A stretch of 64,000 nt of DNA, taken from assembly GCF_003918875.1 (NCBI RefSeq), contig NW_025767038.1, positions 372,001 to 436,000 of the forward strand. The letters run 5' to 3'. The DNA comes from Haliotis rubra. Its lineage: Eukaryota. The notes under the pieces are model-generated. The model searched no databases. It was not told the origin of the DNA and worked only from the letters and a program-made list of their open reading frames with translations. This document shows positions 51,168-64,000 of this stretch, piece by piece. The position numbers were made by a program, and so were the translations under genes. Position 1 is the stretch's first letter. The number at the start of each line of letters is the position of its first letter.

Positions 51168-52233
51168 TACTTTTTCAACTTCTAATTGATTTGTCCTGGG
51201 GACATACCCAAGAGATCCAGAAAGTTTCATTGACATCCATCTAGTAGTATTTGAGTAAAGATGCTAACACATAAATACACACACACAAGCAGGGTTGACT
51301 GCATACCCTCTGCAACAAACTTTCAGTTTTAACAGAAGCACTTATGATCATAGTGATTATTATGCATCATATATTATTGAGATTTATGATATATACTAAT
51401 AGTCGTAAAACACCCATCACAAGGTACATTTTGACATACTACATGCCTATGTTGTGATAGTTTTATAAAATTATGATTTTTTTTCGATTATGGGTACCGA
51501 TGTTCAGTTATCCCAGAGTGACACTTATAATCATCAGAAAAAATGGAATCATGGTTTTTCTGAATCCATATGCAATACTGATCACAACTATCAGTGGTTC
51601 CAAAAAATTAACATCCACTTCCCACGGGAAGCATTTTTGCTACATAAGCCCCTGCACTATGTATTCGAACCATACGTTTTCCATCCAAAATCTGTTGGCA
51701 TTTGTCAACGGAATTTACAGAGAACGATGTATCAAAGCTTGATGGTGGTTTGGAGTCTTTAACTGGTTTTGGTACAGGTATAATTATGACATGACTCCAT
51801 CTCATGTTCAAAGATCACAAGAGACTAAAGTATGGGATATCTTTATCTCTTGTCGTGTTGACCTATTCATGTTTGTGATGCCACTAGGGTTTGGGACAAA
51901 GACTGGACCTGTATTTTATACATTCAGTTTATCAGAACACTACTCCTTACATGGGTGTCACACACGGACACGACATATGTTTACTGTTCAGCTGATTTGC
52001 AAGGAAAAGACAAGTTGCCCTTTCTCGCTAACTAAACATCACCGGTACTTGTTTGTAATGTCTCGAGCCAAAAAAGTGGGCCGAAGTTCTTTTAGGACAG
52101 ATCAAAGGTAAACTGTTAAAAGCATTAGTACAACTTTATTGGCACACGGAGTTCAAATCGTTCTGAGACACGACATAGTGTTTGCAAAGGTCATTGTAAA
52201 GCAATTTTTAGACGAATTCCCCTAGCGTGTATG

Positions 52234-52393
52234 GAGTGAGAGTGTTTTTACGCCACTTTTAGCAATATTCCAGCAATATCACGGCGGAAGACACTAGAAA
52301 TGGACTTGACGCATTGTACCCACGTTGGGAATCGAACCCGGGTCGTCGGTGTGACGAGATAACGCTTTAGCCACTAGGCTACCATACCGCCCC
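52234..52393 (-). mobile_element. SINE family A
   Basis: Reverse complement of family A. Confidence 0.85.
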
Positions 52394-54404
52394 ACTCCTA
52401 TTGATGTTTCAGCATGTCATCATTCCCCATGTCAGTCTCCATACACGCAATGTTGATTCGCCAAAGCACAAGCAGCGAAAAACTGAGACATCATTTTCAG
52501 CTGATCGTAATGTAGACTTTCCTTGGTAATATTATAGAAAAGCTACAAAATTACGAAAGATACATATTTAACGGTACACAGCCCCATATTAGTCGACTAC
52601 CAAGAGAAACTATCCACAATCTATCTTCGCTGACATTCATGCGTGTACATACGATTTAAGCACGGACGAGTTATGCCCCTTCTCTTCACGATGGTCTCTT
52701 TCTCGTTGTTGTGCTGAAGTATTTGATTCTCGTGTCAGGTGTAAATCGAAACTTATCTATATATAATATTTATAGATGTACATATGTTGATAGAAAGATA
52801 AATAGATAGATATTAGCGTTATGTGTATGATATCAGATTGATATCCGACTGTTTCATATCGGGCCCTTCAATATCTATCCTTTACACAGGCATATCCTTT
52901 GGACTGAACTGGTACGTTTTACATACATAATTTCAAAAATGGAACAAACTGATATGCTGCAAAGTTTCATGTCCATAACATATCTGTATAATGTTTGTTT
53001 TATATCTAAAACATGTTTAATATATTTAATAGGATTTTACTTTTTATTACAAGTGTGTCCAGTGTTGGTTGGCAGCGCCGATACTGACTTCGTTATCACG
53101 AGGAACCAACTTAAAATACAGCAACACGTTCGTGCCCAAGAATCATGTATTGTACCTTATTATATTCATACGGTTTGGACTGAGGGAGCGAATGAATGTT
53201 GATTTACACCACGGTCAACAATATACCACGAACAAGTCTACACAGATTTCAGATTGAATATTAACATTTAAAATCCCCTTTTACTGGTAATATCAAATAG
53301 AATAAAAACATATAAAAAACAACAACAACAAAACCCAAAACAAACAACTTGAAGCGAGAAAACAATATGACTCATGTCAATTGAATGTTGTATAAACACA
53401 CAATATTATATTACGAGACAAAAGACCATTCAATGATATTTCAGCAAAGGAACGTTGACTCTTTAATCTAATAAACGCACTTAGCTTCACTTTCGCTGAA
53501 TAAGGATAAAAGGCTTCCTTAATCACAAGTGAATTGTTTTGAATCCCACACATTCCTCGGCCTTCACTACCATTCAGTACCATAACGTAATTTGCTTTAT
53601 GTTCCTGTGAGTGCATATTGCTTCTCGTGTTCTTATTCTAATTATATACTGTTCTTCGTGCGTGTTACATGATACCCTATATCAAGGAATGCATTATATA
53701 CAGAAACGTCAATAAATACATATGCTTAAACTTTGAATTTTAGACTTTATAGCAATTAACAGCATACTGAAAGAAGCTTAGAGACATGATCCGTGAATAA
53801 ATTTGCTGTGCTAGATGGAACCACCCTAGAGTTTCTCCGGGATAGTATTTACACACTGAATGCATATTTTAGAGGTACAGGTCTGGATGAATGATTAGTC
53901 TATTCAAACATATGCTAGCGTCCTAGCAGTTACATCATTCATGTGTTCTATATAGTTTAACTGTTGCATTTGCGCATAATGTTTGAGAAACAACAAAACC
54001 GTTCCATGTTTCATGTGGCGTTGGACAAGGTTGTATGCTTTAGTCCATATATTTCTAGACTTCTTATCCGTAAGACATTGAGAGCCTTGTGGCAAAGTTA
54101 TATTTTCAGGAAAGATCAAATATACAGTTATGGAAGAACGTTATGGTGATATCTGACAATCGTCGTATAAAATATAAGATTTATTAACCTATAGATTCAT
54201 CACTTTTTGTACGGAACATTGTACGCACCTTTCACAAATAAAAAAATACTATCGTGTACCGCAAACACTTTTCATTTTTCCAAAATAGAAATGGGAAATT
54301 GATCTGAAAATATTACTTTGTAAAATGATCAATGTTCTATCTAAATCCATAGAAAGTATGGATAGAAAGTGTAACTTTTGAAGGGCATTTAGAAGTGGAA
54401 TGCA

Positions 54405-54588
54405 TAAGAAACGCAAGATTTATGGATTTCAGCATCTTTATTGTGAGTAACACGACGTTTCGGAGCGTATGCTTGCTCCTTCCAGTATACTCCCTACTAT
54501 TCACCTGATGAAGGAACAAGCATACGCTCCGAATTTTTGTGTTACTTACAATAAAAAAGTTGACATCCTTAAATCTTGATTTTCTTTA
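54405..54588. repeat. ~80-bp-arm inverted repeat resembling Penelope-type pLTR ends
   Basis: Arms ...tttattgtgagtaacacgacgtttcggagcgtatgcttgctccttc / ctgatgaaggaacaagcatacgctccgaa...gtgttacttacaataaa. Confidence 0.75.
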
Positions 54589-55156
54589 AAAAATTGTCCA
54601 TAATTTCCATAAACATAGTCTAGCTATGAAAGTACGAAAGTACATTTATGTTTGTCAACATATTACGCATCTGCATGAAGCAGTGGGTCCAAGCCGAGTT
54701 GCTTTTCTTCGTGATCTCCTTCTTCTTGTATAACAAAATAAGCAAGACACTGTTGAGGTACGAGAGCCCAGGGTTATGCCCCTTACCTTATATTTATCGT
54801 TCGTTGGGTTGGACAAAAACGATTCGTCCGAATGGTTTTCATTCTTTATTTACAACCTGCGTAGCTTTCAACCTAGATTAAGCTGACACGCCGCGGTCTG
54901 ACCTAATTGTTATTCGCCAACCTGAATCACCCCGGCCAACAAAGATACCGTGACACAGTTGCCTGAGAATGTGTGTTGACTCAAATGGCGCTTATCAGCC
55001 TGAACTGAGCGTCCAGTCAAACACACCCGGACGAGGTGAAGACTCGCGGTAACTAGGATGTACTCTGATGTCGACATACAGTAGGGTATACCTCTCCCTG
55101 CACACAGACTTGGCCATGTGAGCTTAAACTGTAAAGCTAGTGATCGTGGACGAACG

Positions 55157-58100
55157 ATGGAAATAATGGACGTACGTGTTCTCCATGGAGTGTGTGTTAT
55201 GCTGTTGGGAGCATTAATCACTAGTTCAGGTGGGTATTGATCGTAGTATCATGCTTGAACGTCCATTCACACCTGGATATAGAAGTGGTACACAAATATC
55301 AAACGACCTAGTTCGTACAATGTGTATGTAGTGTCAGGAACTATATCGAAATACGGTACATTCAGAAATCAATATACCAACACAAACACCTGTTCATCAA
55401 TACTGAATACACACACAATATTATTTGATACAATTTATTCTCGAAGTAAACAGAAGTCTAATGGAAACTATAAAGTGAAATGGTATGAGGATAAATAGTA
55501 TTTCTATAATAAAGGTGTGTGTTCTGCTTATCGCTCAAACAAAATGGTGGATGAAAGATTGCTTAATGCTTACACACTGTGTGAAATACGCTGTGAATAT
55601 TCGAGATGACCCACACTCCGTGGCAGACAACATGTTTGACTCATTTCAGCGACCATAGAAATAAATTTTGAAGAAGAGAACGTGCCGTTTTCTAATCCAT
55701 ATGATGCTCGTTACATTGTTCCTTTATAAAGGCACGAACTATAGTCGGGAATGCTGTGTCATGACCAGCTGGTGTTTTCCAATATTTACATTTGGAACAT
55801 GCATAGCAACGGTTTTATTTACATTTGTAACGGGCATAGCAACGGCGTTTTCATCTCAGTCATGTCGGGTATTCAAGTTACCTATCAGGTCAGCGATTGT
55901 GAGTGGTATGGGTTTACACCACGCGAAACAACAGCACCGCAGTGTGAAATCAGGACATACCAATAATTATAATAGAACAAATTGTCTGTGAGTTGTTTAC
56001 TTCAGTTACAAATGTTGAATGTTAAGGACACCTCTGTTGCGAATAAATCAGGGTTTGTGTTAGCCATTTGAAATAGCTTTTTTTTCTGGCTTCATTCCCA
56101 ATCCGCATGTCAACATATGACTAATAATTTCAGAAATTCTAAATTAAAAAATGCTACAGATTCCTCACTGGCAAGACATTTTTAGGACACATCAACCTGT
56201 ATGACACAACATTAAGCCACAATATAGCAAAGAACATGTTTACAAGTCCGTTAAACTTGGTGATTCCCTTGCTAGTATTATTAGCATGTAACATCTGGGA
56301 TTCACAGATAACAGTATTGGTCGGATATTTGTAAATTAGATAACTATGATATAATTTGATTGCTCCGTGCTTGTGAATGCGCTTAGTGATTATCAGTTAC
56401 CTAAATATCAAATACATTGCTATTACATATAATTGATACTCGATATGCTCCAATCACGTCTTTCGGGTGTGGAAGGAGAGCTCAAAGAAGATGAAGAAGA
56501 CGGTCAGCCTGTCATTTTTAATACTGGTGCATCAAAGCAAATGTCACAATCGATAACGACCACACAGTCATCGGAGAGAACCATTACATTACAAACATTT
56601 GAATGTGTCACGTCTTCACAGTTGTTTCCGTCATTTAATGTGGCTATGTTCTACAGTAGAATTTGATATCTCATTACAAGACAACGATATATAATCATTC
56701 GGTTGAAAAGTTGAAGAAGTGGTTCACCAGAGAATTAGGAGCATTTTGATCTTAACAACTAAATTAGGAAAATATAGAATGCACTAGGATGTCACAAATT
56801 TGGGAACCTATGCTCGCTTTAATCAGAGATTCGGCAACTGGTGGAAAGGTGATTAAAGGAATATTGATTTGCAAAAGCTGATGATTACATTCTTATATAT
56901 CCAGTTATGATTTCTAAACATCTCATAACCAATATGCTTTTTGTTTGAGGATTTAGAATGATACAGGACTCTACGGGATTCGGGACATAATCTCTTACAT
57001 ATACATGGATATATCTTGAATATGTTCTTTACAGATGCATGCAACATTACGCTCTATGCTCAGAGGGAGCCGCTGAACTTCACTTCTCCAAACTACCCTC
57101 ACAACTACAGAAAGTATGTACAATGATTTGATTTGCATTCTCTTTTTTTGTCTACGTGACACTAATTCATTTTGAGTCAGTGGGGATGTGTAATACCGAA
57201 ATGGCATTATGCAATATTTCGGCATGTCAGAGCATCAGGTTATATTTTATCATTCGTTCAAAGCCGATCTTCTGACGACAGATACAATATGTTCATTTCA
57301 AGATCTGCCACCTTTTGGAGAGTATTCAATATAACGGAGCATGCTTCTAACATGTATAATAACGTACAGTTTCGTCAACAGCAATGACTATTGTTATTGG
57401 AACATCTACCCCCAAACAAGCGGATACAGAGTTGTACTCGACATGGTTTACAGCAACATCGCAGGCTCAATTTATTCATGCTTGGACAGTCTAACCCTAA
57501 ACATGAAACATTCCGGTATGTTATATATACTCTTCATTGCATTTGTAATTCCGACTTACCCGCCTTTGTTGTTCTTGTCGCTTCCTGCATGGATACTGTT
57601 TTCTATATGGATGCAATTCTGCTGAAAAACCGTTCCGCGTACGATATGCATAAAAAATAATATTACTTGATAAATATTTGCTTAGGCAGGTAGCCTTTAC
57701 ACACCTTTTTCGTGAAGTTCTTGAAAGGCATATAGAAGTTGGTAACAAGTATAAGACAAACTGTTATGGATGTCAACGTCTTCTTTATTGTATATACGTT
57801 TCTGGGATTTCCTTGTCCCTTCGTCAGGTGAACCCAGCCCAGTCGAGAAAAGCCCAGAAACATGGTGTAAAGAATAAAGAAGAAAGTGACGTCTATATTA
57901 TTTTGTGATTTACGTTCTGTTTGCTTTTTCACAACTGCAGCAAAGCAAGAGAAATGGAAAGTAGAAAATATGAGTAGCCAAATATGGTTAAATAAATACG
58001 CATTGAAATATTTTATATCTAGAAATTGAGATAACTCTTACCAGAGATTTTTATTTGATCGACAGGGGACTTGAGGATCGACAGTATCCACAAGATATGT

Positions 58101-61100
58101 GGAAAAACGAGGAAAAGTATGTCAGCTCCACAAGGTCAATACTTTTACGTTGTTTTCAAGACGGATAACAGCATCACTGAAAGCGGTTTTCTGATTCGAT
58201 ACTACGAAAGTGAAGGTAAATTTGAGAATAATATGACAGTTCATGTACTTACTTTAACAACCAATATTTCAGTCCAGTATATTTGTGTTAATTAAATGAA
58301 AATCAAGAATCTAAATGGTGCTTTTTTTCACGTGTGTTGGTACTAATACAATTCGTAGAGAATCAGTACTCTCCTCAGTGAGTTGAGAAGGAAAGTCGAG
58401 TGAACACTGATCCATCATTAAGACTGAAGACATTGCACCGATATCATCAGAATTTCAGTTAATGGACCTGTTTATCGTTATTAAGCTCCCTTTATGTTAG
58501 TCGAGAGCGGAAGGTCGCGGGTTCGATCCCCGACCGCGTCATACCAAAAGACGTTAAAATGTGGTACTTGTTGGTCCCTGTCTGGCGCTCGGCATTAATG
58601 AGTACAACAAGGACTGGTCGGCTCGGAGTCAGTATAATGTGTCTGAGTGGGGTATTCATGCTTCACTGCGGCCTGGTATCTCAGTGGGCTAGCACTATAA
58701 CACCAGCTTCAGTCTGGGCTAGTACAAGCAGCCGCACATACACATACACACGCATGCACGTCGTCATATGAGCGAAATATTCTCAAGCACGACGTAAAAC
58801 CCTATTTCACCTCACCTCACCTTTATGTTAGTCAAACGAATATACTACCGACCAAAAGTTAAGATTCATTTAAAGCACTCTATATATGTTATGTATATGT
58901 TTTATATTGTTACATCTACTAACTTGGGCGAACCAACTACAAACCTTATGCAGATGAATTGCACGATGACCATGCATTCAACTGCTGAAAAGCCTGTGCA
59001 AATATCGTGCATGTGAACAGTTGCGTTTTGGTGTAAAGTTGTAGAAAGGATTCGCCAATGTTCACTGAGTTTCATCATTCATTGATCTCAGGACAATAAT
59101 CTTTCCAATGTTACGAATTTGTTTTACAATACATCAGTTCATGTGTAAACAGTACCTTTAAACAGTATAGAATATTTTGCAAAATCTAGTTTAGATCAGT
59201 TGACTGAAGTAATTGGCTACATGTACACTAGTTAGTCTAAACTTTTGATGGGTAGTATATATAGCTCCCGTCACACAGTTTGGGCCACATATGCAATATT
59301 CTGAACATGTCAACAGATGGGACCGAAATGAAGCGACTGCAGGCGACAGTAGGAAGTAAAACATTCACCAGTCCCGGGTACCCAAATGCGTACTACCCGT
59401 GAGTTGTATATTTTTGCCATTTAAAACATACAAGTTATCAAACATGTATGAGAATACCTCTAATACATACCCTAAAATATGTTTCGGAATAAACACCCGC
59501 AAATATGATCGAGTACACTTTACTTAACGGCGCCACAGTGCCTGGTGAGAGGTAGCTGATTGTATGGAATAAATGCCGTGCATGCTATATTTCATTTAAA
59601 ATCATAGGGGAAGTTGTATATACTTTAGATTACAACAATGCATTTAGCATATATTGTACGACTATGCGTGTCTTGATTTTAAGTATGACCTTTTCGGATC
59701 TTGGAAAATGTTTTCATGGAATAAATGGCTTGTTCAGTTCAAAATGCTATCACTAGACAAACACCCTGAACAGTTACCATTTACAAGGCTTGCCACGAAT
59801 TCATTAGTTTTAGATGCCTTAGAGTTTTAAGAATAAAACTGTAGATACTTCACGTTTATTGCTTAGGACCAATATGTACCCGTTGTTGAAAGTATCAAAG
59901 TATCTGAACCGATATAAACGCTTACACCTGAACTACTTGCACAATAAATATATCGTTTCATAAACCATTATTATTCGAAACTAAAGGTACATGTTATGAA
60001 AGACACATTTAGTGAAGAAAAACTGTTCAATANNNNNNNNNNNNNNNNNNNNNNNNNNNNNNNNNNNNNNNNNNNNNNNNNNNNNNNNNNNNNNNNNNNN
60101 NNNNNNNNNNNNNNNNNNNNNNNNNNNNNNNNNNNNNNNNNNNNNNNNNNNNNNNNNNNNNNNNNNNNNNNNNNNNNNNNNNNNNNNNNNNNNNNNNNNN
60201 NNNNNNNNNNNNNNNNNNNNNNNNNNNNNNNNNNNNNNNNNNNNNNNNNNNNNNNNNNNNNNNNNNNNNNNNNNNNNNNNNNNNNNNNNNNNNNNNNNNN
60301 NNNNNNNNNNNNNNNNNNNNNNNNNNNNNNNNNNNNNNNNNNNNNNNNNNNNNNNNNNNNNNNNNNNNNNNNNNNNNNNNNNNNNNNNNNNNNNNNACAG
60401 TATTGACCTAAGGTGTCATCTCACTCGAGTATGTATGAAATTTGTATGATTGTATGTAATGTAATGGGCTAAATAGAATATCGCATGAACCAGATACACG
60501 CTGCATGCATAGCTGAACCGTTTAATGACAGTAGAACAAACCTAAGGCAACGATTGCGGTGGCATTTCTGTGAAGTTTTCAACCTCCACTCTTGGTTACA
60601 TTGGTTACATTTAGTTCTATTGATTGTACTACTTAGCCATATCTAATTCCTTTTCGTGAATGTATGATTTATGGTATTTACAGAAGTAAGGGGGATAAGG
60701 TTGTAAATTGTTCAGAAGAAGATTTTGACTTTGCTATTTTGCAGAATTTATTAATGTACTGAAAGCACATTCTGAATAATGAATCTGTCTTTCAGAATGC
60801 AGACACGTGAGTGGACAATTACGACAGAACAACAAAATCAGATTGTTTTCCTGGAAACCATCGATGCTGTATTTCAGAACCCGTCATCGGGAGGAATTTG
60901 TTACGGCGATTACGTCAACGTGTATAATGGTCAAACTCGTGAGTTCCATATCAATCACAAATGATCAATCTGCGTGTAACGAAAAATTACGCCAATACTA
61001 CACTTGTAAATCAAACATGTAGCTTTGTCTGATGGGTAAAGTCGGGAAAAGAACAGTTTGACGAGAACAAAATAAATTTTGATTCATTGGATATAGAATT

Positions 61101-63870
61101 ACATCAGAACAAAATCAATATTAATACGGGCATGGAAGATGGCTTGGTGTGAGTATTTTGTTATAGCGTAGGAAATATACAGCAAACAAGGTACTCATAT
61201 CAGCATGTTCAGTGGTGAATTTCAAAGAACAAGGTAATCAATGTCCAACAAGGTTGTAATGATCACTTCCAGGTTCGGATCTCCTTGGCACATTCTGTGG
61301 GACAGATAAACCCGTTTTTCTCAGCAGTGTTTCGTCAATGCGAGTTTACTTCCACTCAGATAACACAAACAACTACAAGGGATTTCAAATGAGATACAAG
61401 GCTGTCCCAGGTGTGTATGTTTTGTGTGATGACCTATGTTTACTTGTGGTTCCGGAGTTGTGAGATTAGGTAGGCAGGCACGAGTGCAGTATCCTGTTTC
61501 TTACTTCAAAACCGCATCGCTTTAGCAATGAATCGACGAGTATATTTTGTCTATCTTTATGATGACAGTGGCGCATTAATTCATAAACAATTATCATTGG
61601 TGATGTCATGAGACTTCCATTCGTGCCATATCTGTAGACGGTGATAGGGACATCTAGATAACAACTACTCCAAAACCAAATGTTCGATGCAAGCAGGATT
61701 TCAACCGCAGCACGACCACTTTGCCAATACAATTCCAGCAGGAAAGTAGTCTGTCATACTCTGGCCTTAATTCATCATCGCGGAGTAGCCAATCACGGAT
61801 CAGGAATACATGTAATATATATAATCACTTGAGGTGAAAATTTCGGCGGATTTTGCTTTTTAGGCCCATGCACATTCACATAAGTGATCATGTCGCTGAA
61901 TCCATGTATAATCTCAAATAGATAGAAATGCATGTTTGTCCGTTTTGCAATTATACAGTTAGAATGTTGTCGTAACTGTGCAGGGACGACGGGGTAGCCC
62001 ACTGGTGAAAATGTTCGCTCGTCACCCTGAAGACCCGGGTTCGATTTCCCATATGGGTACAATGTGTAAAGGCCATTTCTTGTGTCCCCCGCCGTGATAT
62101 TACTGGAATATTGCTAAAATGGGAGTAAAAATAAACTCACACACTCACACTCACGTAACTGCGTTCGGGCGTCAGTAAACCCTACAACCGTTACCAGAAC
62201 GTATTTCCGTATGGCACACATTCATAAAATGATGTACACTAAGTTATAAACCCACATTGGTTTACTTTGCCAAGGCAGGATATGCTTGTACCACAGTGGG
62301 AAGCTGGATGACGGCGTTCGGCTTCCGTCAGTTGAAATGCGCGCACTACTCTACTCGTGTTAACTGTATCTTTTTCATGGTTCAAACCTGACCTGATCGT
62401 GATCACATGTTCACATTCCTTGTTTTGATTCGTTAACTGTATCTATCCTTGAACATACACTGATCGGTGGTGTATCCCTTTTCTTAATCGTAATAATGTC
62501 AGATTTATCTGTTCTGTTTCTCATGGCGACTGCGTTCTGCCCTTACTTCACTGACTGACTGACTGAGTTTGGTTTTACGCCGCTTTTAGCAATATTCCAG
62601 CAACATCACGGCGGGGGGACACCAGAAATGGGCTTCACACATTGTACCCATGTGGGGATTCTAACCCGGGTCTTCGGCGTGACGAGCCAACGCTTTTACC
62701 ACTAGGCTACCCCACCGCCCCCCTTACTTCACATCAACTACGGCGCAAACAATCTGTCTCCGTGGCTTTCCCAACGTTAAAGCACCCATGAGAATAACAT
62801 CAAATCTAAAGAAGGAATCTGTTGTAATTTTCTTATGGTCAAGGGATACAATTGACCTTATAACAATACTGGTAGCGTAAACATTTACTTACTTTTGTCT
62901 CCATTATTAGCAACGATGTGCAAAGTGACACTGACGGCAGCGCAGTACCCACTGAAGATTGTCTCCACTGGAGAAAGGTAACGCTGGTCCTTTGCATTGT
63001 GACATATTTTACATTGCATGTAGTCATTACTTATCATATTATATATATATATATTTGTGTATTTATATAGCGCTATAGTCCATCCCATCTACATGCATGC
63101 TCAAAGCGCTTTGTTTTCCCTCAATCATTGGCTGTCAATCTCAAAGGAACATCGTATTTTCAAGCTCAACTCCCTGGGGATCATACAACTTGTGCAGCCA
63201 ATAGCCGCACCAACTTAATGTGGCTTTCCCATCCTTTCGAAGTACCCATTCACGTCTGGGTGGACTGGGACACATAGGCACATTACTTTGTCCTAGTTTA
63301 CTGGACGTTGCTGTACCCGCAACGAAAAGTTTGTTTTCATGTGGCCACCATCTGGTCATTTACCAACGGATTCTTGGGTTGTGCACAGGGTTGTGTACTG
63401 TACACAAGGGGTTGTGACAACATTGAAAGAGTCTGCACACAAAGTTGACTCCAATGTTTTTACACCCGGTCACAAGTGGGTTCGATCCCGGCACCTAAAG
63501 CTCGCTGGATCACTAGCCTGGCGCCTTATACAGCTCGCCCACCATGCCACCATACCCCTCATCCCCATACAACTATTGTTACTCAGTAATGGAAAGTTTC
63601 AACAGTCTTAATGCCGAGACCGTTTTGTAGGACGAGGTCTGAGTTATTTCGTCTGTCTCTCAAGACATATGTTTGAAATTGGTAACAGTACAATTAGCAT
63701 AATTTGTAAAATGAATATTGCTACCTTTATTTTCTGTATTTTTCTTAGTTGGAAATGTGAGTGGTATATCAAGTCACCTGCATCACGTGGACGAGTAGGC
63801 ATCCAACTTCTTGCATCAGATATGGATGAGTCGGCCAACGGAACCTGTGTAGAACTGTACATATACGACG
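55157..63870 (+). CDS. Secreted or membrane multi-CUB-domain protein (at least 3 CUB domains; continues beyond the window)
   Basis: Phase-consistent exons 55157-55229 (signal MEIMDVRVLHGVCVMLLGALITSS), 57035-57113 (ACNITL..FTSPNYPHNY), 57382-57515 (DYCYWNI..CLDSL), 58066-58215 (ICG..FKTDNSITESGFLIRY), 59317-59398 (FTSPGYPNAY), 60796-60938 (CYGDYVNVYNG), 61273-61410 (LGTFCG..FHSDNTNNYKGFQMRY), 62911-62977 (MCKVTLTA), 63749-63870 (KCEWYI..CVELYIYDG). The first exon is less certain than the CUB exons. Confidence 0.92.
58503..58819 (+). mobile_element. SINE family C (Meta/MESC-like), 5' truncated
   Basis: Close match to 24990-25335; perfect 14-bp TSD cctttatgttagtc at 58489-58502 and 58820-58833. 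Confidence 0.9.
60033..60396. other. Assembly gap (intronic)
   Basis: Run of N. Confidence 1.
61983..62152 (+). mobile_element. SINE family A
   Basis: A/B boxes and family A body. Confidence 0.85.
62552..62720 (-). mobile_element. SINE family A with target-site duplication
   Basis: 12-bp TSD cccttacttcac at 62540-62551 and 62721-62732. Confidence 0.9.
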
Positions 63871-64000
63871 GTATGTCCTGTCACATTCTGAATGATTATT
63901 ACAGGTACTAAGTCAACTTAGACGTTGAGCGTAATGACATTGGGTCAATATATACTCAACAAAAAAGTTAAGGACCACCTCAATTATCAATATTTTAGCA

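Noticed and set aside
54675-56666. Hydrophobic ORFs at 54675 (MKQWVQAELLFF), 55668-55991 and 56433-56666 as CUB-gene exons
   Set aside because: The 54675 donor is phase 2 and incompatible with the next exon; the others lack convincing splice pairs. 55157-55229 fits better.

Overview
Eukaryotic, AT-rich, intron-containing DNA, most likely a gastropod mollusc (the two dominant SINE families look like abalone/Haliotis repeats; this is recognition from memory, not a database hit). Almost every entry in the supplied ORF track is spurious or in the wrong frame. Splicing by hand (GT-AG, phases checked) gives: (1) a minus-strand array of five small secreted, acidic, low-complexity protein genes at 2.7-40.5 kb, namely two near-identical (DDGG)n genes in a ~6.2 kb tandem duplication, two His/Glu/Thr-rich 61-63 aa peptide paralogs, and one (TTED)n 90 aa gene, all with the same TATA / non-coding exon / signal-peptide exon / phase-1 intron / terminal exon layout; (2) a co-oriented secreted 12-Cys protein gene at 44.6-48.3 kb; (3) a plus-strand secreted multi-CUB-domain gene from 55.2 kb that runs off the window. 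The rest is SINEs (tRNA-derived, Meta/MESC-like, Deu/Nin-like and one with a 5S-like segment), Tc1/mariner relics, Penelope-like fragments, MITEs, mini/microsatellites and two assembly gaps. The main candidate novelty is this cryptic cluster of polyanionic secreted peptides, possibly involved in biomineralization or extracellular matrix.
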